Under the pieces are notes generated by a model, which worked only from the letters and a program-made list of their open reading frames with translations, was not told the DNA's origin and ran no database searches. A stretch of DNA of 64,000 nucleotides from Macrostomum lignano (Eukaryota), in contig NIVC01000154.1 of assembly GCA_002269645.1 (NCBI GenBank), forward strand, positions 44,319 to 108,318, written 5' to 3'. A program made the position numbers and the translations under genes. Of this stretch, positions 1 through 12,911 are shown in pieces (position 1 is the stretch's first letter; every line of letters starts with the position of its first letter).

Positions 1-837
1 TAAAGGATTAATGACTAGTATTGAGGTGTTGGGGCGATTCTAAAGGATTTATGGCGATTATTGGTGTCGTGCGAATCGTGCAACCTGTCGTTCAGGCTGG
101 AAGTCTTCTATTAAACTAAATTGTCAAGTTGACTCGCTTGCATAATGGTAGCCTATTGTGCGAAAATAATAAAATGATGACAATCTGAAAAGAAAAAATA
201 TTTAGCAGGGTGAAGTGAGAATGCAATTCCATCCAGGTGGTAAATGAGTGAAGACACCAACCAGCATAAGGTAAATGCTTGGGCGCCTCTTCCCTGGCTA
301 TTGAGAAACCGGTTCACAAGATCACAATAGGCAAGCAAAGCCGAATTCACAATAAAAATTCTAATGAGAACGATTGATCAGGCCCCGCATGTGTTGATTG
401 TTAACAACCTGAGGGCGGACTGAAGAGAATTTTGCTCCTCAACCACTTCTCCATCGTTGTTTTGTTCCTTCTTTTCTCATTTCTTTTGTTAACAACAGCA
501 TACATGTAGGAGCTACTTTGTCGTCCCCAGCCAGAGACAGGCATGGTGACGACAGGTGACTTCTATAGCTAGCTAGTTAGCAGTACAGTACGCGGTCGCG
601 CTTCCATTGTTTCACTCGATGGGTGAATGAATGAATTGGGAGACGACGGTGTTGGAGACAATAGGGGGGAATCGACGGGTGATTATGCTCAACCCTCCCC
701 CCGTCTAAACTGTTGTTCAACACACCGTTGATCTTGTTTCTATAAATGCACACCCGTAATTTAATTGAAAATTTTCTCATCTATAATAAGCAGACTTGCA
801 AACAGCATATCTAGCTAGCGTTGCTTGATCCGGTGGT

Positions 838-2157
838 CATAGGCGTAGGAACCGGGGGGGGAGGGGGCAGTGGGGACATGGCTTCTCCACATTTTAAATG
901 CAAAATGCAGACTTTTTGCTTATTTTTTATTCTTTTTTTTATTTTTGCTGCTTTGCATGAATGCATTTTGCTGCAGGGCGACAAAACAGAGCGCCTGCGG
1001 CGCTAAAATGAGTGCCTGCGGCGCTAAAATGAGTGCCTGCGGCGCTAAAATGGGTGCCTGCGGCGCTAAAATGAGTGCATGCGGCGCTAAAATGAGTGCT
1101 TGCGGCGCTAAAATGAGTGCCTGTGGCGCTAAAATGAGTGCTTGCGGCGCTAAAATGAGTGCTTGCGACGCTAAAATGAGTGCTTGCGGCGCTAAAATGA
1201 GTGCATGCGGCGCTAAAATGAGGGCCTGTGGCGCTAAAATGAGTGCTTGCGGCGCTAAAATGAGTGCTTGCGACGCTAAAATGAGTGCCTGCGGCGCTAA
1301 AATGGGTGCCTGCGGCGCTAAAATGAGTGCTTGCGACGCTAAAATGAGTGCTTGCGACGCTAAAATGAGTGCCTGCGGCGCTAAAATGAGTGCCTGCGGC
1401 GCTAAAATGAGTGCATGCGGCGCTAAAATGAGGGCCTGTGGCGCTAAAATGAGTGCATGCGGCGCTAAAATGAGGGCCTGTGGCGCTAAAATGAGTGCTT
1501 GCGGCGCTAAAATGAGTGCTTGCGACGCTAAAATGAGTGCCTGCGGCGCTAAAATGGGTGCCTGCGGCGCTAAAATGAGTGCTTGCGACGCTAAAATGAG
1601 TGCCTGCGGCGCTAAAATGAGTGCTTGCGGCGCTAAAATGAGTGCATGCGGCGCTAAAATGAGGGCCTGTGGCGCTAAAATTGGGACTGCGGGGCTAAAA
1701 TTGGGACTGCGGCGCTAAAATGAGTGCCTGCGGCGCTAAAATGGGTGCCTGCGGCGCTAAAATGAGTGCTTGCGGCGCTAAAATGAGTGCATGCGGCGCT
1801 AAAATGAGGGCCTGTGGCGCTAAAATTGGGACTGCGGGGCTAAAATTGGGACTGCGGCGCTAAAATGAGTGCTTGCGACGCTAAAATTGGGACTGCGGCG
1901 CTAAAATGGGTGCCTGCGGCGCTAAAATGGGTGCCTGCGGCGCTAAAATGAGTGCCTGCGGCGCTAAAATGGGTGCCTGCGGCGCTAAAATGAGTGCTGA
2001 CACAGATTCTAAAAATAATTGGTACATGATAATGTGCATTTTCCATAAAAATAGAAAAATCTATCTCGACATTCAGAACGTGCACCCTGTGCGCCCCCCC
2101 CCCTTAAATCCGCCACTGAAGCCCCCCCCCACTTTTTGAAACGTTCCTACGCCTATG
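838..2157. mobile_element. Non-autonomous hAT-like DNA transposon carrying an internal minisatellite
   Basis: Perfect 15-bp TIRs CATAGGCGTAGGAAC (838-852) / GTTCCTACGCCTATG (2143-2157), flanked by an identical 8-bp TSD CCGGTGGT (830-837 and 2158-2165). No transposase. Confidence 0.85.
993..1998. repeat. 21-bp minisatellite (CCTGCGGCGCTAAAATGAGTG)n, about 47 copies
   Basis: Direct tandem periodicity; explains the 'MSACGAK' ORFs. Confidence 0.95.
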
Positions 2158-3709
2158 CCGGTGGTGTGGGTTCTTTAGTTAGTATCGATTTTTATTCTAG
2201 TAAAACGATCATCTACTTTGTTATTGTAGTTGAAAATTGCAAAGCAAGTTATCAATTGCAGCTGGCTTGGTCTGGATCTTGACTTCGGGCTCCGTTCACT
2301 TTCACTTCGACATTCAGTTTCGATTAAATTTCGAAATATTACCAACCATTTTATTTTTTATTGTACTAAAATTGGTCCTTTGCCCAAAATCTAATCAATG
2401 CTTCACAATGCGATAATTCTAAAACTTTCTCCAAAACAGGTGCTAAACTGGAACACGTCAAACTCGAATGCAGTTAGCTCAAAATTATTAGAAAAAAACC
2501 TTTTTCTACTGACCCTAAAAGTTGCGGGGAGAGGGGGGGAGGGCAGCAAACTTAAGGATAATGCCAGGCCTTGTCGCGGGCTCTGCAGATGAGGCGAAAA
2601 TGCCCCAATTCTTCCCATCAAGCGGCTACTGCAGGGGGGGGGGCGATCCGAGCTCTCGGTCGCGTGACGAGGCGGAGCTTCGAATGGAAGGGGCGCTTCA
2701 TCGATCCGAGCGGAGGCTGGGGGGCGCACTGCTTTAGTAAGCCGGGCTTTCTCAACAATGGACAGGCAGCAGAGAGGAGCGGAGAGCGCGATAGAGAGGC
2801 CGAGTGGTTCGGGTCCGGGGTCCAGTTTTGTGGAAGTGGAAAGAAGAGCTTGATTTCAGAGAGAGGGAGAGGGGAGGGACGGGAGCTACCGTTGCGAGTC
2901 GACTGTTGGCATTGCAGAATCCCGACAATCAATCCCTGCCCCAAATAGCTCCCCTTTTCCTTCCAGAGCGCCTGGAGAATAAGGAGAGCGGGAGAGGGAC
3001 GGGCCGAGCAAAAAGGGGCCTAGAGAAGAAGCAGCTCAAGCATTCGAGTACTCGGCGCAAATAAGGGGGTGCATTGGGAGAAAAGAGTGAGAGGAAGAAG
3101 AGGGAGAAGTATAGGAAGGGATGGGGCATTTTGGGAGAAAGAAACTGGGCAGAGGAGGCGGAGGAGCACGGTGGGACTCCGGGGAGGTAAGGACTAAGGA
3201 AAGAAAGATGGAGAATTCGAGGCTCGTCGGAGGAAGCGGCGCAGCCGCAGTTTCGCTCAGGCGTAGGGGGCATTTGGAAGGCTTGTCGGATTGAGCCTGG
3301 GAGAAAGGGGAGGAGGAGGCGGGTAAGAAAGCGAGTTTGGGTTCTGTGCGATTCGCGCTTGGCTGAATAAGCTTTCTTCCTTTCTTCTTCTTGTCTCTCA
3401 TTCTACCGCCGCCTCATCTCCGCACCATCCAGCTTCTCCGGGATATCACGGCAGCAGCTTGTATAGAATGGGAGAGCGCCTTCTCCTAATGGGATATATA
3501 AATATCTGAAGAGGGCAATGCCGTTGACAGGGCGGTCAACGACAAGGGCGTCCCAGATTCTGGCAACAAATCCATTATCCTCATAGGCATCACTGAAAGA
3601 GTGGAGAGAATGTAGCGCTGACTCCATAGTTTTTCCCAGATACCTGTAGCATTATATTAATGCTCAATGCCTTTATTCTGAAGTATGAGTTCCGCATGTA
3701 GCTTCGGAG

Positions 3710-4850
3710 ATCTCGATTCACAGAGTAGATCCCGAATCACAGAGTAGAAGATCCCGAATCATAGAGAAGATCCCGAATCATAGAGAAGATCCCGAATCAT
3801 AGAGTAGAAGATCTCGAATAAAAAAAGTAGAATATCCCAAATCATAGAGTAGAAGATCCCAAATCATAGATTAGAAGATTCCGAATCATAGAGTAGAAGA
3901 TCCCGAATCATGGAGTGAAGATTCCGAATCATAGAGTAGAAGATTCCGAATCATAGAGTAGAAGATCTCGAATCATAGAGTAGAAGATCCCAAATCATAG
4001 AGTAGAAGATCCCAAATCATAGAGTAGAAGATCCCAAATCATAGAGTAGAAGATCCCAAATCATAGAGTAGAAGATCCCGAATCATAGAGTAGAAGATCT
4101 CGAATCATAGAGTAGAAGATCCCAAATCATAGAGTAGAAGATCCCAAATCATAGAGTAGAAGATCCCAAATCATAGAGTAGAAGATCTCGAATCATAGAG
4201 TAGAAGATCCCAAATCATAGAGTAGAAGATCTCGAATCATAGAGTAGAATATCCCAAATCATAGAGTAGAAGATCTCGAATCATAGAGTAGAAGATCCCA
4301 AATCATAGAGTAGAAGATCCCAAATCATAGAGTAGAAGATCCCAAATCATAGAGTAGAAGATCCCAAATCATAGAGTAGAAGATCCCGAATCATAGAGTA
4401 GAAGATCTCGAATCATAGAGTAGAAGATCCCAAATCATAGAGTAGAAGATCCCAAATCATAGAGTAGAAGATCCCAAATCATAGAGTAGAAGATCCCGAA
4501 TCATAGATTAGAAGATCTCGAATCATAGAGTAGAAGATCCCAAATCATAGAGTAGAAGATCTCGAATCATAGAGTAGAAGATCCCAAATCATAGAGTAGA
4601 AGATCTCGAATCATAGAGTAGAAGATCCCAAATCATAGAGTAGAAGATCTCGAATCATAGATTAGAAGATTCCGAATCATAGAGTAGAAGATCCCGAATC
4701 ATAGAGTAGAAGATTCTGAATCATAGAGTAGAAGATTCCGAATAATAGAGTAGAAGATCCCAAATCATAGAGTAGAAGATCTCGAATCATAGAGTAGAAG
4801 ATCCCAAATCATAGAGTAGAAGATTCCGAATAATAGAGTAGAAGATCCCA
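3710..4850. repeat. 22-bp minisatellite (GATCCCGAATCATAGAGTAGAA)n
   Basis: Direct tandem periodicity, about 50 copies. Confidence 0.95.
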
Positions 4851-5434
4851 AAGCATAGGATTTAGCATCATATAGATGTAAATCTACATGTAGGTTTGTA
4901 GATAAAAATATAAATGGAACAAACATCATCATACGAGTAGATAGACATCAAAGTCGATTTATTTTACACCAATATTGGTAGTCACAGTGCAGTATGTATA
5001 CGATAACAAGTCTAATGGTTATACCTGGCAGTGTCACACCTATTGTGCCTCGGTGCAACCGCAATCCAGTTATATTTATGACAATCTTAGCAAGTAAAAC
5101 TCACTGAGTACAAGCAGTAAGGATACCCGATTCCTAAATATATACCAAGAGCAAATAACCGAATTTCCAAAGCACACAGAAAAACAATTATAATTAACAA
5201 GACTTAATTGTTTTGAAAAGCAAACTAACATTCATTAGATGCCTGATTTACTCTGCTTTTCCTTTTTCCTCTTCCGAAAAATTCCAAAAGTGAACTCTCG
5301 GAAATTTTTGGCCAGCGAAATTAACATTCATGATGATACACGTTAGTGGATAAAGGTCATATGCAATAAAATAATTAACAAAAAACTACACGAGTTGACT
5401 CAAGAGAAGAGATCGGTGAAGACTTTCAGTTCAC

Positions 5435-5975
5435 CAGACAGTGTCACCAGAGTGTCACCAGATACAGTGTCACCAGATACAGTGTCACCAGACACAGTGT
5501 CACCAGACAGTGTCACCAGACACAGTGTCACCAGATACAGTGTCACCAGACACAGTGTCACCAGACAGTGTCACCAGACACAGTGTCACCAGACAGTGTC
5601 ACCAGACAGTGTCACCAGACACAGTGTCACCAGATACAGTGTCACCAGACACAGTGTCACCAGACACAGTGTCACCAGACACAGTGTCACCAGACACAGT
5701 GTCACCAGACACAGTGTCACCAGACACAGTGTCACCAGACACAGTGTCACCAGACACAGTGTCACCAGACATAGCGTCACCAGACACAGTGTCACCAGAC
5801 ACAGTGTCACCAGACACAGTGTCACCAGACACAGTGTCACCAGACACAGTGTCACCAGACACAGTGTCACCAGACACAGTGTCACCAGACACAGTGTCAC
5901 CAGACACAGTGTCACCAGACACAGTGTCACCAGACACAGTGTCACCAGACATAGCGTCACCAGACACAGTGTCAC
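5435..5975. repeat. 15-bp minisatellite (CAGACACAGTGTCAC)n
   Basis: Direct tandem periodicity; explains the DTVSP/HSVTR ORFs. Confidence 0.95.
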
Positions 5976-6294
5976 AACCAAATAAGTCACCGTCTCATTA
6001 TAGAAATAAAGCAAAAACTCCCTTTGCATTCTGCAGTTTAACCTCTGCAGGGAGTTGACTAAGATGAGCCAAATTTTGCACCTGGACTCGACCCAGTCAA
6101 TAATTCCAGTTGTTTCCAAACAAGAACAAAAATCTACTAAAGTCATTAACGTACTCAGAAATGTTCACAAACATAGCATAAATATATCGATAGGGTAAAG
6201 CGGTAAATTGAAATGAATTTAACTAAGCAAAAAAACAAATAGTTAAGGAGAGAAGCATTTGTCGGCGATCTAGAAGTACAAGCTGTCCTTTTCT

Positions 6295-9200
6295 CTACTT
6301 CAAAAGCGACCACTTGAACTGCTCTTTGGCCTGCTGGAGAACCTGAAATACGTTAGATAAATAAATAAATTTAGATTAATTTGCGACTTAGCAGTAAAAT
6401 TGCATAAAAGGTAAACACGTTAAAGACACTACTCATAGTAGATAGTCTGGTACGTACTAGTGTACTATAATGTAGCCGGGGAAAAAACACGAAAGCACAA
6501 CTAATAAAATCAGTCTCGATTCTATTCAAAAAAATTATGGTTCGAATATAGCAATACGTATTAGAAGGCAAATATTCACTCGGGTATTTAAATGCGCATT
6601 AGAATTTTAAATTAAATAGTTATGAGCATTTAAGTCTAAATGCTGCGCCCACCACTCTATGAGGTAATTTGATTGGCTCATCTGGTAGCTGCACCTGCCA
6701 CTCTATGAGGTAATTTGATTGGCTCATCTGGTAGCTGCACCTGCCACTCTATGTCATTTGATTGGCTCATCTGGTAGCTGCACCTGCCACTCTATGAGGT
6801 CATTTGATTAGCTCATCTGGTAGCTGCACCTGCCACTCTATGAGGTAATTTGATTGGCTCATCTGGTAGCTGCAACTACAACTCTATGATGTCATTTGAT
6901 TGGCTCATCTGGTAGCTGCACCTGCCACTCTATGAGGTCATTTGATTGGCTCATCTGGTAGCTGCACCTGCCACTCTATGAGGTCATTTGATTAGCTCAT
7001 CTGGTAGCTGCACCTGCCACTCTATGAGGTCATTTGATTGGCTCATCTGGTAGCTGCACCTGCCACTCTATGAGGTCATTTGATTGGCTCATCTGGTAGA
7101 CATCAATATACTTTATAGAATTTTATGTATTGCACGAAGTTAAGATACCAAAGCACTGCTAGTAAACATTAATTAAGCACAGAAAGTAGGTCGCCTTTAA
7201 CTTCCCTTCGGCTAATAATACCACGTTGAATAAGATTTTTTCACCAAAACATTTCCAGGAAAAACAAATTACACAGGACAAGGGCATGGTGCATTATTCG
7301 AACGCTTACAACTGCCAATTGGTACAAGCAAAGCGGAGCTCGTTTTGAAGTTGGACTTTCCCACGGCTCGATCCTACACCAGGATCCCAGTCCCTAATAC
7401 CAGGATCCCAGTCCCGGATACCAGGATCCCAGTCCTGAATACCAGGATCCCAGTCCCGGATACCAGGATCCCAGTCCTGAATACCAGGATCCCAGTCCCT
7501 AATACCAGGATCCCAGTCCCGGATACCAGGATCCCAGTTCCGAATACCAAGATCCCAGTCCCGAATACCAGGATCCCAGTCCCGAATACCAGGATCCCAG
7601 TCTCGAATCGAATACCAGGATCCCAGTCCCGAATACCAGGATCCCAGTCTCGAATCGAATACCAGGATCCCAGTCCCGAATACCAGGATTCGAATACCAA
7701 GGTCCCAGTCCCGAATACCAGAATCCCAGTCCCGAATACCAGGATCCCAGTCCCGAATACCAGGATCCCAGTCCCGGATACCAGGATCCCAGTCCCTAAT
7801 ACCAGGATCCCAGTCCCGGATACCAGGATCCCAGTTCCAAATACCAAGATCTCAGTCCCGAATACCAGGATCCCAGTCCCTAATACCAAGATCCCAGTCC
7901 CGAATACCAGGATCCCAGTCTCGAATACCAGGATCCCAGTCCCTAATACCAGGATCCCAGTCCCTAATACCAAGATCCCAGTCCTGAATACCAGGATCCC
8001 AGTCCCTAATACCAGGATCCCAGTCCCGGATACCAGGATCCCAGTTCCGAATACCAAGATCCCAGTCCCGAATACCAGGATCTCAGTCCCGAATACCAGG
8101 ATCCCAGTCTCGAATACCAGGATTCCAGTTCCGAATACCAGGATCCCAGTTCCGAATACCAGGATCCCAGTCCCGAATACCAGGATCCCAGTCCCGAATA
8201 CCAGGATCCCAGTTCCGAATACCAGGATCCCAGTCCTGAATACCAGTATCCCAGTCCCGAATACCAGGATCCCAGTCCTGAATACCAGGATCCCAGTCCT
8301 GAATACCGAGATCCCAGTCCCGAATACCAGGATTCCAGTTCCGAATACCAGGATCCCAGTCCCGAATACCAGGTTCCTAATCGGCAATACTAAGATCCAA
8401 GTCACGAATCATTCTATCATGATTTCTAACCCTAGATTTTCGAACCTTACTTGTGTCTTAATCACGAATCACAGGACCAGAGTTCCAATTCGAAAATCTC
8501 AATTCAGAGTTAGAATTCACACCTTCACCAAAGCGTGTGACCGAGTGTACTAATGCTAATTAATGAGCCAATAGACGTGTCACAGTTAAAGACGGTGATA
8601 AAAAAGATACACAATAGGTGACAAAACCCATCAAAACTCGAACTGAGCTATCTTACTCACCTGCAGTTTCTGGGAGACTTGCTATAAATAGACAGATATA
8701 ATAGACAGGTTAGACGGATAGAGGTGACAACTACAGATTAACTAATTCAAATTGATACAAAATTAAACGACGTGCGGAACATTCTAAGCAAAACAATATC
8801 AAAGCAAAATGTTATTAATGCAAAGAAGAACTGCATTTAGGACCAGAAATTCTTTTGGAATCTGACATGCTCCCTCTGACATCTGGAACTGTATCTCACA
8901 TGCTCCCTCTGACATCTGGAACTGTATCTGACATGCTCCCTCTGACATCTGGAACTGTATCTCACATGCTCCCTCTGACATCTGGAACTGTATCTCACAT
9001 GCTCCCTCTGACATCTGGAACTGTATCTGACATGCTCCCTCTGACATCTGGAACTGTATCTGACATGCTCCCTCTGACATCTGGAACTGTATCTGACATG
9101 CTTCCTCTGACATCTGGAACTGTATCTGACATGCTCCCTCTGACATCTGGAACTGTATCTGACATGCTCCCTCTGACATCTGGAACTGTATCTGACATGC

Positions 9201-10414
9201 TCCCTCTGACATCTGGAATAGTATCTGACATGCTCCCTCTGACATCTGGAATAGTATCTGACATGCTCCCTCTGACATCTGGAACTGTATCTGACATGCT
9301 CCCTCTGACATCTGGAACTGTATCTGACATGCTCCCTCTGACATCTGGAACTGTATCTGACATGCTCCCTCTGACATCTGGAACTGTATCTGACATGCTC
9401 CCTCTGACATCTGGAACTGTATCTGACATGCTCCCTCTGACATCTGGAACTGTATCTGACATGCTCCCTCTGACATCTGGAATAGTATCTCACATGCTCC
9501 CCCTGACATCTGGAACTGTATCTGACATGCTCCCTCTGACATCTGGAACTGTATCTGACATGCTCCCTCTGACATCTGGAACTGTATCTGACATGCTCTC
9601 TCTGACATCTGGAATAGTATCTGACATGCTCCCTCTGACATCTGGAACTGTATCTGACGTGCTCCCTCTGACATCTGGAACAGTATCTGACGTGCTCCCT
9701 CTGACATCTGGAACAGTATCTGACGTGCTCCCTCTGACATCTGGAACTGTATCTGACACCCTCCATCTGACAATTAATGACATTCTGTACATCAAAACTT
9801 TTATGTACAATGAGGCCCCCCTGACGACATGGACAACTATTGGAAAATGGCATCACTAACAACAAGCCATAATGACAAAATATAAACAACGAAAACTCGA
9901 CATCATCTAGATTGAAGTCACGAACCTGCGTGACGGAGCCCTCCAACTGCTGCGTGTCGTCTAGTCTGGAGCCGACCCTGGACACCAGCTGGATGCTGTC
10001 GGTCTCCAACACGATGCCGCTGTCGCACAGCTCATCGATAGCAAGAAATACCAAGTCCAAGCTATCCAACAAGGCGCGCTTCTCCACATTTTTCTTTAAA
10101 ATCTGCGACACTGCATCGTACAGAGTGTTGAGAGTGTTAGATAAGATTAGTTCGTTCTCGACCGCGTCTCCAATCACGTAGAAGATTAGATCCACGTTGC
10201 TCTTGAATACGCAGGTGTAACCTTCAAACATGACTATTTCGGCGGCCAAATTCTTCGACGTCTTGGCAAATAGGCTGGTCTCGAATGCGCGCTGTTCTTT
10301 TACAGACGGCATCGAGTCTGCGCCATAGTATTTGGCAATAATGCGCCTCCCATCGTTGTCAAGGATGAGGATGGCTTTGATCGTGTGCAACGAGATATCC
10401 AGGAAATTGTCGAT
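6295..10414 (-). CDS. COPZ1: Coatomer subunit zeta (COPI zeta-COP); exons complement(9926..10414, 8661..8681 microexon, 6295..6342)
   Basis: Translation LDISLHTIKAILILDNDGRRIIAKYY...FKSNVDLIFYVIG...NELIL...DELCDSGIVLETD matches zeta-COP. Donor CAG|GTTCGT at 9926. The last exon TTTCAG|VLQQAKEQFKWSLLK* matches the conserved VLQSAKEQIKWSLLR C-terminus. The expected start codon reads ATC (10414-10412). Confidence 0.93.
6645..7098. repeat. 46-bp intronic minisatellite (CCACTCTATGAGGTCATTTGATTGGCTCATCTGGTAGCTGCACCTG)n
   Basis: About 10 tandem copies in the last COPZ intron. Confidence 0.93.
7375..8375. repeat. 21-bp intronic minisatellite (GAATACCAGGATCCCAGTCCC)n
   Basis: Tandem periodicity; explains the NTRIPVP/GILVFGT ORFs. 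Confidence 0.95.
8860..9770. repeat. 33-bp intronic minisatellite (TCTGACATGCTCCCTCTGACATCTGGAACTGTA)n
   Basis: About 27 tandem copies in COPZ intron 1. Confidence 0.95.
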
Positions 10415-10444
10415 TTTGCGAAAGATGTATGCATTGAAGTGAAA

Positions 10445-10940
10445 ACTGGGTTTTTGGTTTGATTTAAGGTCAAGACTGGGTTCTGGGTTTGATTTAAGGT
10501 CAAGACTGGGTTTTAGGTTCGATTTAAGGTCAAGACTGGGTTCTGGGTTTGATTTAAGGTCAAGACTGGGTTTTAGGTTCGATTTAAGGTCAAGACTGGG
10601 TTCTGGGTTTGATTTAAGGTCAAGACTGGGTTCTGGGTTTGATTTAAGGTCAAGACCTTAAATCAAGGATTTAAGGTCAAGACTGGGTTTTAGGTTCGAT
10701 TTAAGGTCAAGACTGGGTTCTGGGTTTGATTTAAGGTCAAGACTGGGTTTTAGGTTCGATTTAAGGTCAAGACTGGGTTCTGGGTTTGATTTAAGGTCAA
10801 GACTGGGTTCTGGGTTTGACTTAAGGTCAAGACTGGGTTCTGGGTTTGATTTAAGGTTAAGACTGGGTTCTGGGTTTGATTTAAGGTCAAGACTGGGTTT
10901 TGGGTTCGATTTAAGGTCAAGACTGGGTTTGATTTAAGGT
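10445..10940. repeat. 30-bp minisatellite (GATTTAAGGTCAAGACTGGGTTCTGGGTTT)n immediately upstream of COPZ
   Basis: About 16 tandem copies. Confidence 0.93.
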
Positions 10941-11096
10941 TGGGGCTGTGCTTTGAGCTTGGCTAGAGGTCAAGGTTAGCTCCTAGGTCAGGTTAGGGTT
11001 AATGTTATATTCTGTATATGAGAATAACATTTAATCCATCTTCTATTCTGGCTATATGAACTAGTAGTGAAAATTCAAAGTTAGACTAGTTATTTT

Positions 11097-11497
11097 TAAG
11101 GGTTGGACGTGATCACAATCGTGATCATGATTTCGTGAATTCACGACCATTTTTTTACAATCGTTATTTCCTTAAAACCCATTCACGACAGTCGTGAATT
11201 TCCGATTTATTACATTTTTATTAGAAGTATAACTTTTCTACTTGGTTTACCAAAACATGTGAACACAAATGTGTAAAAGAGTAATAAATTTTAAATTTGT
11301 TGACTTGACAGCATTACCGAGTAGCTATTATCTATTTATAAATATTTCTTTTCTTGTTTTGTTATTTTCAACACTTGTAACTTACAAGCTCAAAATACGT
11401 GTATGCAAATATAAATTCACGATCACGATCACGATCGACTTTGAAAATTTCACAAAATTTCACGCCTGACCAAAATTTTCTGCTTGTCCGACCTCTA
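11097..11497. mobile_element. hAT-like MITE (401 bp)
   Basis: Imperfect 12-bp TIRs TAAGGGTTGGAC / GTCCGACCTCTA; identical 8-bp TSD GTTATTTT (11089-11096, 11498-11505); subterminal TCACGA/CGTGA motifs. Confidence 0.75.
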
Positions 11498-12759
11498 GTT
11501 ATTTTAATTGATTTTGGATATAGAACCCAACTTTGAAAATTATGGTTTAATAAAAAATTAATATAGCATTAAAAAACTGCTATTTAAAAGAATGAAAAAA
11601 AATAATAATTGATTTTATACCCTGTATTTATTAAACATTTTACTTATGACCTGGTAACAATGAAAATTACAATAGATTGCATACATTGAATTGTTGACAA
11701 CTAATAATCTATTTGACATTTCTTCAATAATAAAATTGGAAGCATCATTTGCATCACCTGTTAAGAAGCCTTGTCTATTAGATCTGGTACTGTTAATTGC
11801 AATTGCAATCTCTACTATTAATTGGTACTGGTACTGTTAATTGCAATCTCTAGAGCATTATGGACATTCAAGCATTCAAGCATAAAACCTTAGAGATTTA
11901 GTATATTTGGATAGATTGTAATGAAATATCCTATGATTAGTAAATTTAACAATTGTACAAGTATGGCGATTTTTAATGGTATATTAGGAATTGGACAACA
12001 ACAACTTAGTCACATATCATATACCTATGTCTTATCAAGGTATAACTTAATAGATAACAGCATTTAAATTTGTGCCAAGAACAATCTGATCAAACAAAAT
12101 CTATGCATTTAAACTTTTATTCATAAACAGAAAACAGTAAATAAATAAATTATATATTTGGAATAGTTGATAATGGAAATTACAAAACTGTTAATACATA
12201 GGACTGAGAAAAAACCTTTATAGGAGTAAAATAGTGAGAATAGAATAAACAGTGCCATTAGACTGCTTAGGCCAGAAGTATAGTACATATACATATGCTA
12301 CTAATAGTACAGAAGTAGATAGAGAAGTAGATACATTACCAATAGATATAAGTATAAGCATCAAGTATATACATTCAAAAGTACATTAATAACTGTCAAT
12401 AGGAGAATATAGGAATTACACCATTTTACCCATTTTACCCATGTAAAATGGATTTTATACTTGCGAGGGTAACATGGTATACCTCTAGCATAATACTAAT
12501 GACATTGATAGGATTATTCTAAGGGAACTTCTTATCCCTATGTCAACTTTGGTGGCAGCTTTAGGATATTTATAATAATAACAATCAGCATCGTTATAGC
12601 TTGGTAAGTGCATTGGGATTTCTAAAAGAGGGAATATAGCCCCTGCTACATAATTAATAGATTAAATAATAAAAAATTCCAGAGTTTAAACTTTATAAAA
12701 ATCTTGCTAAAGTCCCTACGTATGCCGTATGGTATAGACAAAAGAAATCATGCTTGGGC

Positions 12760-12911
12760 GCAACCTTGGGATTCACTCGGCTGTTTCTGTTAGCAATACA
12801 CACATGTAAGGTGCTATTGGATGGAATAGTAGTCATGTGACTGCTCTCAGCCAATAGGGACTTACATGTATATGTTGCCAATAGAAATGGCTGGGTGATT
12901 CCCAAGGTTGC
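12760..12911. repeat. 152-bp imperfect palindrome (foldback)
   Basis: GCAACCTTGGG...CCCAAGGTTGC arms pair along essentially their whole length around the centre AGTCA-TG-TGACT. Confidence 0.85.

Noticed and set aside
3403-3644. 74-aa minus-strand ORF (MESALHSL...) as a terminal exon
   Set aside because: No recognisable family and no partner exon found; the acceptor is ambiguous.
870-9859. Long repetitive ORFs (MSACGAK, DTVSP, NTRIPVP, SDMLPLTSG, etc.)
   Set aside because: They are translations of minisatellites whose unit length is a multiple of 3 and which are open in several frames and on both strands; no coding signature.
8837-9925. 517-aa COPZ read-through ORF with RCQREHVRYSS repeats
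   Set aside because: It runs past a clear donor at 9926 into an intronic 33-bp array; the true C-terminus is in the 6295-6342 exon.
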